64,000 nt of DNA from Azolla caroliniana. Taxonomy: Eukaryota; Plantae; Polypodiophyta. How positions within the stretch are numbered: the first letter of the stretch is position 1; every line of letters starts with the position of its first letter. The stretch spans positions 14,818,001 to 14,882,000 of the forward strand of contig JBHGNT010000016.1 in NCBI GenBank assembly GCA_043228905.1. Direction: 5' to 3'. Under the pieces are notes generated by a model. That model was given only the letters and a program-made list of their open reading frames with translations, did no database searches and was not told the DNA's origin. This document shows, one piece after another, positions 1 through 11,628 of this stretch. The position numbers and the translations under genes are program-made.

Positions 1-306
1 GGCCCATGACTTCGTTGTACATACATTTTTCATCTCACTTACATCCCGCCTCATCGTGTCCAATTTTTCTTCTTTTAATGCTTCATTTAACTCAATCTTG
101 TTAAGGCGTTCATTTGTTTCAAAAGAAGCTCTTTTACATTCTTGAATCTCTTCTTGAAGTTTTGCAACCACTTGTTTAAGACTTTCATTCTCAATGACAA
201 CACTTTGGAGCTTAGTATTCTCTTTCATTAACGTCCTAATCTCTTCACCTTGCTTGTTTATGGTTTCTTGAAGAGAAATCAAGTGACTCATAAGCATTTT
301 GTCCAT
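1..306 (-). CDS. N-terminus of a coiled-coil protein, probably LINE ORF1p (runs off the window edge)
   Basis: Manual translation from ATG at 306 stays open to base 1: MDKMLMSHLISLQETINKQGEEIRTLMKENTKLQSVVIENESLKQVVAKLQEEIQEC...TTKSWA. Heptad pattern followed by 'SWA' resembles LINE ORF1 N-termini. Not in the ORF track because it is truncated. Confidence 0.5.
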   Translation of the reverse strand, partial: MDKMLMSHLISLQETINKQGEEIRTLMKENTKLQSVVIENESLKQVVAKLQEEIQECKRASFETNERLNKIELNEALKEEKLDTMRRDVSEMKNVCTTKSWA

Positions 307-656
307 TGCATTAGAATCAAGATTTGTTGGTGATCTCGGCTCATTATCAATTATACCCCCAAACTTTGCGGCGGTTTTACAAGTATTTGCCATTGAAGGG
401 ACAAACCCTACGGGAAAAGAGAGACAGAGAGGGAAGGAGAGAGAATGTACCTTTCACTCGCTTTAGGGCTTCAAAATCTACCTTCCGTTTGAGGAACCGT
501 GGGGTAAAGATGGCTGCGGATGAAAATGCTCATAACTTCTCGATACGGTAACGGAATTCAGTAAATGAACATTCTTTAGAAAGCTCTCTCAAAGAGCTTT
601 CCAACGAGCTATAGAACGTAGAAAACGATGGCCGGAGTGAACTTACAGAGAGCTTT

Positions 657-660
<4 letters not shown>
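1..660 (-). mobile_element. 5' end (UTR plus ORF1 start) of a probable LINE inserted in the (GA)n tract of a gypsy LTR
   Basis: Sequence left of the (GA)n at 661 replaces the LTR start seen in the sister LTRs (6027-6116 and 59590-59680) and contains the ORF above. Confidence 0.45.

Positions 661-727
<67 letters not shown>
661..727. repeat. (GA)n microsatellite within gypsy LTR
   Basis: Direct reading; equivalent tracts at ~6117-6169 and ~59680-59710. Confidence 0.95.
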
Positions 728-731
<4 letters not shown>

Positions 732-1025
732 ATGATAACAGATGATATATTATGTGAAGAGTAAGTACAAAATAGCTATGAGGCTTAAGACTGGCGTTGA
801 ACCAATTTGGTTCGAAATAATGCCTTGTGCCTCTTTTTATAGTGTTCTCAGGAATAGTCCTAAAGCTTCTAGAATGTTCCAGAGAAATCTGGAATATACA
901 ATAATTCTCTATAGTAAAACTTAAATGAAAATAATATCCTACATATTACAATAGGTAATGTAATGGCCAAGAGCTCAACCCATATAACATAAGGTTATGG
1001 GTTCAAGTCTTGCCATATCATGACA
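661..1025 (-). repeat. 3' LTR (interrupted) of chromodomain Ty3/gypsy
   Basis: Highly similar to 6117-6467 and 59680-60008; ends ...CATGACA; adjacent CTATCCCCCCTT is a polypurine tract on the minus strand. Confidence 0.9.
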
Positions 1026-4000
1026 CTATCCCCCCCTTAAGATGACGAGTGTCACGAGTCAGCACTGATTGTGGACCGGGTTTGTCCGAATACTTTTGGT
1101 AGAAATCAGCAAGAAGATCCTTTGGCGACATGCTCGACGGGTTCCCAAGTAAGTTCACTCGGACTATAGCCAAGCCAATCGACCAAATAATAAAGTTTGT
1201 TGTGAACAAACTTGGAGTCGAGGACAGCAGCAACTTCATACTCTGGGCCGGTGTCCAACTCAAGCGGGGGCGGCGGTGGTGTACACGATCGGGAATAGTG
1301 TTGGCCTGATAAGGTTCGAGAAGAGAACTATGGAAGACTGGATGTATCTGAAGGTGCGGAGGAAGATCAAGGCGGAACGTGACATCATTAATCTTGCCGG
1401 TAATACGGAAAGGACCGAGTCATTGATAATCCAATTTGTTGCACGATCGAGTTGTCTTGATGTGACGACGTAAGATCCATACTCGATCTCTGATGGCAAA
1501 AGAGGAGGGAATCCGATGACGATCTTCATAAGTCTTCTGAGTGTGTTGAGCATGACGAAGATGAATAGATAGATCCGTCTGAATCTTGCGTAGCCTCTCC
1601 AGATGATCCTCGGCAAGAGGATTGGTAGGTAGCTCCAGAGTGTCGATCACAGACCAGCGAGGATGAGAACCAATATAAGCATAAAATGGCAAGACCCAAG
1701 TCGAGGAGTGAATATTTTTGTTATACGCAAACTCCGCAAAGTGGAGAATATCAGCCCAATCGTCTTGTTGATAACTCAGAAAACACCGAAGATATTGTTC
1801 CAGTGTTTGATTCATTCGTTCCGCTTGCCTATCGGTTTGGGGATGGTAGTTAGAGGAGAGGTTGCAAGAGACCTTGAGCATCTTGAAGAGATGCTTCCAA
1901 AATTTGGAGACGAATTGAGGTCCTCAGTCACTCATGATACTGTCTCGGAGGCCATGATACCAAAATACCTCACGCATGACAAGGGTTGCAGTTTCCTCAC
2001 TAGTGATGGCCTTAATACAAGACGCAAAATGTGCCATCTTAGTATATCAATCGACGATGGATAAGATAGCATCGAAACCCTTCAAGACTGGAAGATCTGT
2101 GATAAAATCAAGACAAATGGACTCCCATAGCTTACTTGGAATTGGTAAGGATTCCAACAAGCCATATGGATGATGTCGTGGCATCTTTGCTCGACAATAA
2201 GCATCACATGTCCAAACATAGTCCTCGACAAAACGTCACATATGGGGCCACCAAAAGGATCGTCGAACTAGATCCAACGACTTAGTACTACCGAAATGTC
2301 CAGTTGTATGGGTGTCGTGACAATTTTGGACGATTTGAAGGCGACAGGAGCAATCGGGAACATAGACAAGCTTTTTAAAGAATAATAACCCATCATGATA
2401 TTCAAATTGTCGGTTGTCCATACCTAGTTGTTGAGACTGGGAACAGGATGCCCGAGAGGCATCAATTTGCGCTAGAATGGCTTGAGCAAAACTATCCGTC
2501 TTCAAGTTGGCACGTATGGCATCGATAATCCGGGAATCCAGTGTAGTGAAAAATCCGCGTTGTGTGCAAACATGTTGGTCCCAAGATTACCTGCTTTTGA
2601 TTATCAAATGTTGGATCACCCGGACGAGGTGCAATATATGAAGGTCGCGATAGTGCATCTGCTTTTCCTTGTTGCTTCCCCGGCCGATATGTGATTTTGA
2701 AGTCAAAACATGTGAGGAATTGGGCCCACCGAGCTTGCCGTCGATTTAGTACACGAGTGTTCTGGATGGAAGTAAGCAAGATTTTTGTGATCACTGAAGA
2801 CGATGACCTGATGAGGAGAGCCCTCTAAGAAGTGCCGCCATTGCACAAACGAATCCACGATGGCTAATAACTCCTTGTCATGTATCTTGTAGTTAATTTC
2901 TACTGCATCAAATTTGCGTGAGTGGAAAGCCACAGGATGTAACTTTTCTTTATCTCCTTGTTGTGAAAGGATGCTACCGAGGGCAAAATCCGATGCGTCA
3001 ACCTCCATGATGAATGGTTTGTTTGTATCCACATGAGCTAGAATAGGAGTTGGTGTAAAGGCTTTCTTAAGATGCATAAAAGCCATGTCTGCTTCATTGG
3101 ACCAAAGAAATGATTGTCCCTTCTTGGTAAGCTGTGTGAGAGGTAAAATAATCTTCGAGTAATCTTGCATAAACTTTCGGTAGAAGTTAGCAAAGCCTAG
3201 GAAACATTGCACATCTCGTAACGAACGTGGAGTTTGCCACTCTAGCACAGTTTGGACTTTAGCTGGATCCATGGAGATGCCTTTTGAGGAGATGACATAG
3301 CCTAGAAATTCCACTTGCTTGCAGTCAAAGCTACATTTTTCTAGTTTGGCATAAAGACCATGCTCTTGGAGTCGTTTTAGTACTAATAGTACATGAGAAT
3401 CATGCTCTTCATGGATCTTTGAATAAATCAATAGATCATCCAGATAGATGATCAACAGATATCCAAGAGATCTCTGAATATATCATTTGTCGTGTGTTGG
3501 AAGACTGCGGGCGCATTGGTTAGACCGAACGGCATAACAGTATACTCAAAGTGCCCACATCAGGTGCGAAAAGCAGTCTTCCATTCGTCTCCCAGTTGGA
3601 TCGGCGTGAGGTTATATGCTCCTCGTAAGTCGATTTTTGTAAAAAACTTGGCACCATTTACACGTTCTAATAGACTTGATATAAGGGGAAGTGCATACCT
3701 ATTCTGAATGGTGACCATATTCAAGCCCTGCTAATCAACCACGAGATGAAGGGATCCATCTTTCTTTTTGACAAAGAAAATGGGTGCACCTGCCAGAGAT
3801 TTCAAATGACGAATAAACCCACTTGCCAAATTCTCTTCTATGTAGGCTCGAAGGACTTCCAACTCGGTTGGTGACAAGTTGTAAATCGGTCCCCACGGTG
3901 GCTTTGTTCCTAGTTGTAAATCGATGGGACAATCATAGGGACGATGATGAGGAAGAGTACCAACTCTGACCATGTCAAATACATCGGCATAGGGATGATA

Positions 4001-4570
4001 TTTCGCAGGAAGTTGAACTAAGGATTCCTTTTTAATAGTGCTGGAAGGATGTACTAATATTGCAAATAGAAACATTGACTCCTTGTGTCCTTCTTCGCAT
4101 AATTGATGGAGCGAAATGGTCGAAACTCGATGAGTAGCTTCTCGGGGTTGTCAATACCGGACTTCTCTTGTTCTCCAATCTATGTCTGGATTATGTACTT
4201 CAAACCAAGGTAATCCCAAGACAATGGGATGCTCTGGACTACTAATTATATTAAATGATACCATACACACAAAGTTATCTAGGACAACCTGAATGGGTTC
4301 TGACTCTTCTACGATATTCCCAAAAGCAATGGGACGACCATCAATGACTACTACAGATGCGGGGCAAGGAAGTTTTCTTAAAGATATCTAAGAAGCTTGG
4401 GCAAAATTCCGAACCATGAAATAGGAATTGGCTCTAGAATCTAAAAGTGCTAAGACATGTACTAGAGGGGTACTTTTAGTACTAATTATGACTTGGGCTA
4501 AGAACACATTGTTAACTTGCTTAGAGGGAATGGAACCACTAATGGGCTGCACAAATCTAGGGATGTCCAA
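1018..4570 (-). pseudogene. pol: Fragmented gypsy pol (PR, RT, RNase H, integrase, chromodomain)
   Basis: ORF fragments 4388-4570, 3731-4075, 2703-3455, 2492-2794, 2236-2505, 1420-1881 and 1018-1263 in canonical gypsy order. Confidence 0.9.
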
Positions 4571-4698
4571 CCAAACGGCTCCTATTTTGGCTGAACTTAG
4601 TCATTTATCTCTTCCTCTAATTGACCAAGGATTTCAAATTTGTTTGAGATACTTGGGCTATCAGTACTATTAATACTATCAAACACTCCTAAGGGAAT

Positions 4699-5886
4699 TT
4701 ACTCGAGTTTAGTACAGGCTACGATTTGATTTACCTGTTTTCTTGGCCTATGGGGACAGTTGATGGCGATATGCCCTGGTCCACCGTAATAAAGACATAA
4801 TCGATTTGCACATCGTCGTTGCTTTTCTTGTTCCGATAACGGGCCCCGTCGACACATGGTGTCGATCTCCATCAGCGTCGGAGTATTTGCCTGTGATACA
4901 TCTCGTGCAACCGGTTTAGCTGCGACTGAGGCGTATGTGGGCTCTAGCCTAGTGCGTGGCATTTGAAATTGACGTTCCGAACATCGTTCGAAAAGGCGGT
5001 TGTTGCATCGGACCACTCGACTAATTGCCTCTGTAAGAGATTTTGGTTCTTCAGGAAAGGTTAAAAGTAAATCTTTGACGTCGTTTCCTAGGCCATAGCG
5101 GAATTGCTCCATTAGTGCTTGATCATCCCCCGGGGATATTTGAGGCAAGTAGACGGAAATCCGCCGTGTAGGCAGAGGCTGGACAATCACCTTGATGCAA
5201 TCGTCGGATTTTGTTGATTGTCGTCCTGATGTTGTCGGTATCTCCAAAGCAGGCTTTAAACTCACTAATAAAGTCTTCAAAGTTATTAAGCAATGGAGAT
5301 TGTTTTTCCAAAAGCGGAGCGAATCATGCCAAGGCTGAGCCACTAAGCAACGTGCCTATTAGGCCTACTCGGGATACATCAGTGGGGTATAAGGAAGGAT
5401 GCATTTGCATGACTAAGAGTACCTAATTAAGGAATCCTCTTAATTGTGAGCGAGTTCCATCGGTATCTCCGAAGTAGGCTTTAAACTCGCTAATAAAGTC
5501 TTCAAAGTTATTAAGCAAGGGAGATTGTTTTTCCAAAAGCGGAGCGAATCATGCCAAGGCTGAGCCGCTGAGCAACATGCCTATTAGGCCTACTCGGGAT
5601 GCATCAATGGGGTATCGGGAAGGATGCATTTGCATGACTAAGCGTACCTGATTAAGGAATCCTCTGAATTGTGATCACGTTCCATCGAATTTCACAGGAA
5701 GACCAATCTTGGGCTCTTTATGAAGTCCTTGGGGACTTGATCCTTGTTGTTGTAACGCTACGATGGTTGCTTCCAGTTGTTGTACGCGTAACGCTAACTC
5801 CCCATGTTGTTGTTGCGTTTGTTGTTTTTCTAAAGCAATTTGTTGAAGATCCCCTAACAATCATTGGTTTTCTTGTTCCAATGCAA
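4699..5886 (-). pseudogene. gag: Fragmented gypsy gag with an internal ~225-bp tandem duplication
   Basis: ORFs 5675-5860, 5123-5311 and 4699-5343; sequence from 5236 recurs at 5461. Confidence 0.85.
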
Positions 5887-6026
5887 TGAATTTTTCTTTT
5901 AGACACTGTAGCTCAAAAAAAATGGATTGATATTCCTAGGCGTTAACAGTAGCCATAGTATTGGAAAAAGGGGTAAGAGGATGAGGGAAACCAAAAAGAA
6001 GACCCGAAGGAGAAATTGGTTCAAAC

Positions 6027-6112
6027 TGTCAGGAATAGTACTAAAACAGAGAGAAAATTAGTACTAAAGAAGGGAAGTACTATTAGTACTAAGAGGACGG
6101 ATTGCGTAAGAC

Positions 6113-6173
<61 letters not shown>

Positions 6174-6467
6174 ATGATAACAGATGATATATTATGTGAA
6201 GAGTAAATACAAAATAGCTATGAGGCTTAAGACTGGCATTGAACCAATTTGGTTCGAAATAATGCCTTGTGCCTCTTTTTATAGTGTTCTCAGGAATAGT
6301 CCGGAAGCTTCTAGAATGTTCCAGAGAAATCTAGAATATACAATCATTCTCTATAGTAAAACTTAAATGAAAATAATATCCTACGTATCATAATAGATAA
6401 TGTAATGGTCAAGAGCTCGACCCATATAACATAAGGTTACGGGCTCGAGTCTTGCCATATCATGACA
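6027..6467 (-). repeat. 5' LTR of chromodomain gypsy
   Basis: TGTCA...TGACA termini; matches 661-1025 and 59590-60008. Confidence 0.92.
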
Positions 6468-6847
6468 CGAACATGTCTTTTTGCCAAATGTTGTTCAACT
6501 CTTGACGGAGTTGAAGCTTTCGGGCGGTCGTGTTGGCAGCGAACATTTTCTTTAAGTTCTCCCACGCCTCTTTGGGCGTCTTGGCGTCTCGAATGTGGCT
6601 AAGCATGTGGTCGTGGACACATGTTGCCAAGCAATACGTGACTCTAGTCACTACTTGCTCCCATGAGTTGTCGGTGTTCTTTGGGTCAAGTCGATTTTCT
6701 TGAGCGTCGTTGATGTAGCTCCAATACCCTTGGTCGACAAGGTATTGGTTCATCTTGTACTCCCAAGATGAATAATTGCTCCGGTGTAGCTTTTCACTAG
6801 GGAGCGAGCTACCCATTTGTGTGTTCATTTTGATGTAGTGTCTTCCA
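6468..6847 (-). pseudogene. gag: Copia gag N-terminus interrupted by the gypsy insertion
   Basis: ORF 6460-6828 (EKLHRSNYSSWEYKM...TPKEAWENLKKMFAANTTARKLQLRQEL). The continuation (DYTAKIKSICDSLGS) lies left of the gypsy LTR in the duplicate copy at ~59589. A tRNA-iMet-type PBS (TGGTATCAAAG, minus strand) lies at 6974-6984. Confidence 0.85.
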
Positions 6848-7106
6848 TTTTGCTTTTCTTCCTTCGATCACGTACTCGTGCTATGTGGCGGCACTACAAT
6901 AGCGGATAGCCGGAATTTGTCGTCGGCGTTTCTAACACACAATTATGAAGAGGTGGATGTGCTAAACCACACACTTTGATACCATGTTAAGAATTAGGTA
7001 AGTAATTAAGCAAGGGTTAATTAGTACCTAATTATGTGATTAGTTTATAAGCAGAAGCTTAAGTGATATGTGTGTGTATGTGTGTGAGAGGAAGAGAGAG
7101 AGAGAG

Positions 7107-7131
7107 GGGTAAAAGCATGCGAGTGGAAACA
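7107..7131 (+). repeat. Left terminal inverted repeat
   Basis: GGGTAAAAGCATGCGAGTGGAAACA; the reverse complement of 18180-18204 is GGGTGAAAGCATGCGAGTGGAAACA. Confidence 0.95.
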
Positions 7132-7357
7132 CTATTATAGCTAATTAGCTACTAAAATGGCCATAGCTAATTAGCTATTTGTTTAGCTAGTCTTTCTTGT
7201 GGGAAAATCAAATATTTGAAAAACTAATTTATGAAAAAACTCAAATATTTGAACTTCTGTTTCAGACGTAGTGGAACTTGGGGAATATCACCATCATCTA
7301 AGGTCGACTTCAATGTCATCAATTTCCTGTTTAGCCTAAGTTTGATTTTGAACGCAG

Positions 7358-10300
7358 ATGGAGTACTCAGAGCACGAATGCAGACGTAGCTCCCGCAACA
7401 GCAAAAAATCGACATTGCAGATTGAGAGCTACAACACAGAACCCGCTCGATCATCGTCCAGGTATGTTTCAGTTACAGAAACCCCAAACATTTGTTTTTT
7501 CTTTTTGACTACTGTCTGAACTTTGGTGCCGATTCATATTTCCCCAAAATCGAATAGGGCGAAGTCCTTGGAGTCCCATACAAGGATGTCTCGCAAATCG
7601 GGGAGTAGCAACAGGTGTGTTTATATTACTTTTTTTGTGTTTAATCCTGTCTTTAGTGATTAGGGTTTGTGATTGAAATTTCTGATTAGGGTTTGTGATT
7701 GAAATTTCTGATTAGGGTTTTTGATTATAAATTTCTGATTAGAATTTCTGAATAGGGTTTCTGGTTACAAATTTTGATTACAAATTAGAAATTTGATTAC
7801 AAGTTATGATTAGGGTTTCTGATTTGCTAAGTTAAAGATTTTGCACCATTTTTGTTGTTGTTGATTGGGGTTTTTGATTCTCACATATTCTGATTTTGCA
7901 CTATTTCTGATTTCTGTAATGATATTTCAGATGGCTCGTTCCTCCGTATACGAGAGTGCTAAACTTCGCAAAATTTTGCGAGACAAAGGAGGACTTCCAC
8001 AACACCTATGGTCTGTCACTCGAGGGTGTTGACCCTGCTGTCCTAAGTGATAAATTGATCAGTGATTTAGACTGGATGACAGTATATACAGTGCCTAGAG
8101 TCAAAGGCAAGGTCAAGCTGAAGCATGTACGAGCCGACTTGTACGATGACTGCATGAGACTGCACCAGAAAGTTCATCAGGAGATCCCAGTCAACAATGA
8201 GTTGTCAGTTTCATTTGCTAGAGCATTTGCATATGAGTACTGCAAAACAGCGAAGGAATCTAGAGACCCTGAAATGTATAGGGTAGCTTGGGCAGTCTAT
8301 GGTGAGGCATCGGTAAAAAGATGCCGAAAGATGGGGACCTTGGCACAAAAAATAGACAGATTTTGGAGCATGGCAGCTGTTGATGCAACTGCCGACTCCC
8401 AGCAAGACCGGGGGCATACACCACACCGACACCCAAGGAAAGCCAATGTCGATGATACAGGTGAGACATTGGTTAGCTATATGCTAAAAAATGTCCATGA
8501 AGCCTGTGAGACATTGGCATTTTTTAAGACTGATTTAGAGAAAGCCACAATGGCTTCTGCAATGGAGAGCAAAGTTACTTCTGCTGTTACAACAATTAGA
8601 AATAAGATTCAGGTAACTATTGTTTTGCTGGTATGTGATTGTGTTATAAATAACGGGTAAAATGTGCTAATCAAGCATTATCTGGAATAGGTTGCGCAAC
8701 AGGAGCTTGAATTAGAGGGGCCACTGGATCCCCAGCGTAAAATAGAACTACAAATAGAGATCCAGGTTCTTTCAATGAACCTGGACCTTCTAGGTGTAAA
8801 TACTGTTGCAGATTACAATTTGGATAAGCTTCAAGTAAGTTAACGATTCCTGAGCAAAGTTGGTGTATCTTTCAACAACAAGAATAATTAATCGGTAAAT
8901 TTCTCTGTTGCGTTGAAGGAACAATACATTCATCAAGAACAGGTAGTTAGCTGCCTTAAGAAGAAGCTAAATTTTGTGGAGGGAATGGTAAGGACCAGAC
9001 AGGATTTGGACCTGAACATTCTTGCTCCCTTACCAAATGAAGTAGAACCAGAAAATGATTTATTGACAGTTCAAGCACGTTGCATCGCTTGCGGGTTAGG
9101 TGTGGAGGACAAAACTGCGTCTTTGTTGGTTCACCTACAACCATGCAACCACACATACCATCTGCTTTGTTTTCAACATGCCTGTCGAATTGCTGCATTC
9201 TGTTTGGGAGATTGCAGTACAACTCTACCAAATGAGTGGAGAAAACAAACAGGTATACCATACTGTAGCTAATAAGCTTAGTCTTTTCTAATTAGCTATC
9301 CTACTAGCTAATTAGCTACTGGCAGCTAATTAGCTATCCTAGTAGCTAATTAGCTATGGTACTAGCTAATTAGCTAGTACCATAGTTGTGTAAAAAAGCT
9401 AAATAGCTATCCTACTAGCTAATTAGCCACTGGCAACTAATTAGCTATCCTAGTAACTAATTAGCTACTGCCATAGTTGTGTAAAGTAGCTAATAAGCTA
9501 TCCTAGTAGCTAGTTAGCTATGGTACTAGCTAATTAGCTAGTACCATAGTTGTGTAAAAAAGCTAATTAGCTATCCTACTAGCTAATTAGCTACTGGCAA
9601 CTAATTAGCTATCCTACTAGCTAATTAGCTATCCTACTAGCTAATTAGCTATCATAGTAGCTAATTAGCTACTGACATAGTTGTGTAAAGTAGCTAATAA
9701 GCTATCCTAGTAGCTAATTAGCTACTGGCAGCTAATTAGCTATCCTAGTAGCTAATTAGCTGTCCTAGTAGCTAATAAGCTATCCTAGTTACTACATAGT
9801 TGAGAAAGTAGCTAATTAGCTTTCATTGTAGCTAATTAGCTATCCTAGCTACCACCATAGTTAGTAAAGTAGCTAATTAGCTATCCTAGCTACTACCATA
9901 GTTAGTAAAGTAGCTAATTAGCTATCCTAGCTACTACCATAGTTGAGTAAAGTAGCTAATTAGCTACCATAGTAGCTAATTAGCTATCCTAGCTACTACT
10001 ATAGTTGTGTAAAGTAGCTAATAAGCTATCCTACTAGCTAATTAGCTATCCTAGTAGGTAATTAGCTATGGTACTAGCTAATTAGCTAGTACTATAGTTG
10101 TGTAAAAAAGCTAATTAGGTATCCTACTAGCTAATTAGCCACTGGCAACTAATTAGCTATCCTAGTAACTAATTAGCTACTGCCATAGTTGTGTAAAGTA
10201 GCTAATAAGCTATCCTAGTAGCTAATTAGCTACTAGCAGCTAATTAGCTATCCTACTAGCTAATTAGCTACTACCATAGTTGAGTAAAGTACCTAATTAG

Positions 10301-11379
10301 CTATCCTACTAGCTAATTAGCTACTACCATAGTTGAGTAAAGTACCTAATTAGCTATCCTACTAGCTAATTAGCTACTGGCAACTAATTAGCTATCCTAG
10401 TAGCTAATTAGCTATCCTACTAGCTAATTAGCTATCCTACTAGCTAATTAGCTGCTGGCAACTAATTAGCTATCCTACTAGCGAATTAGCTATCCTAGCG
10501 AATTAGCTATCCTACTAGCTACTGCCATAGTTGTGTAAAGTAGCTAATAAGCTATCCTAGTAGCTAATTAGCTACTGGCAGCTAATTAGCTATCCTAGTA
10601 GCTAATTAGCTACTGGCAGCTAATTAGTTGTCCTAGTAGCTAATAAGCTATCCTAACTACTACCATAGTTGAGTAAAGTACCTAATTAGCTATCCTAACT
10701 ACTACCATAGTTGAGTAAAGTACCTAATTAGCTATCATACTAGCTAATTAGCTATCGTACTAGCTAATTAGCTATCCTAGCTTCTACCATAGTTTAGTAA
10801 AGTAGCTAATTAGCTATCCTAAATAACTGTCATGTTATTGTAGAATCTTGTGGATTAAGAACGGCACATGATGTGTCTGGTGCTGATGATGCTGCAACAG
10901 ATGAGGATACTACTGCCAATGTGGCTGAAAGTAAGAGTCCTGCTATCACATCTCCTTCAGATCAGCTGCACCCTATTCTTTTGGAACAGTGTACTGAATT
11001 AGGCAACGATGTGAAATGCCATGAAATAGTGGAAACAACATGTAAAACTGAGGTTCACAACAACAGTGTTTATGAACACTTGATGCAACATTTCTTCGAG
11101 TCTCAAGACCTTGATTCCACCCCACAGAGCCCAACTACTGAAAATGTCCAAACAGATCCCTCTGTACTTGAAAAGCTAGTTCAAGAAACGGCTGATGTGC
11201 AATTAGCTGCTGAGGCGATGGGAAGGTTGTCGAAGGAGGACACACTTGCGCATTGGGTCCTAGAAGCAAGGCTAAATGGGGAACCAACCAGAAAAAGGCT
11301 GAAGAAGGGGCCACGATCGGGAACAAGACCAGTTACTCGGTCAAGGGGCCCAGACGTAGTGGAGCGAAATACTGTTTAG
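7358..11379 (+). CDS. Transposon accessory gene: 6 exons, ~618 aa, coiled-coil plus RING-H2 finger plus acidic/basic tail
   Basis: Phase-consistent GT-AG model read by hand: 7358-7461, 7558-7614, 7931-8612, 8691-8834, 8919-9252, 10844-11379 (1857 nt, no internal stop). It joins ORFs 7956-8660, 8913-9272 and 10873-11379. RING pattern C-x2-C-x17-C-x-H-x2-H-x2-C-x10-C-x3-C at 9081-9215. Confidence 0.7.
7657..7822 (+). repeat. Intronic 26-bp repeats containing TTAGGGTTT (telobox-like)
   Basis: GATTAGGGTTTGTGATTGAAATTTCT about 3 times plus degenerate copies in intron 2. Confidence 0.7.
9265..10822. repeat. Minisatellite of the palindrome TAGCTAATTAGCTA (~21-bp core unit with higher-order variants)
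   Basis: Dozens of copies separated by TCCTAC/TCCTAG/CTGGC linkers and CATAGTTGTGTAAAG inserts; lies within predicted intron 9253-10843. Confidence 0.95.
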
Positions 11380-11628
11380 TTGGATATGATTGTTAGCTTA
11401 GGGATTTTGCTAGGGTTTTATGAAGTTTTACTATCCTGTTGGACAAGTAAAACCTCAGATTGGTTGTTGCTTGATCCACATTATGTAATGGAACTCTATG
11501 ATGTTTTTCCAAGATAATTTGAAGAGTGTTGTTCTATGACTGAAACTCTTTGATGTTCAGGATATTGTTTTGTGAGACTATTAGTTACTTTGTGAGTGTG
11601 AATATGTTGGTGTTTTCTGATGTTGCAG

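Larger units (their letters stand above)
661..6467 (-). mobile_element. Degraded Ty3/gypsy chromovirus (Tcn1/Tf1-like): gag-PR-RT-RH-IN-chromodomain
   Basis: Paired LTRs; gag (EPKIGLPVKFDG, RLCLYYGGPGH), protease (ALLDSRA), RT (YLDDLLIYS), RNase H (DASDFALG, ELLAIV), integrase (HPQTDRQAERMNQ), chromodomain ([18 protein letters not shown]); many stops and frameshifts. Confidence 0.92.

Noticed and set aside
6468-6472. TSD for the chromodomain gypsy
   Set aside because: Available flanks (CGAAC here, CTGAC at 59585-59589 in the duplicate) match only 3 of 5, so it is not claimed.
7103-7106. Exact TSD length of the DNA transposon
   Set aside because: AGAG flanks fit 4 bp, but the GA microsatellite makes other even lengths equally possible.
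9265-10822. Possible CRISPR array or centromeric satellite
   Set aside because: Linkers are only ~6-7 bp and repetitive; the array is confined to a predicted intron within a TIR element.
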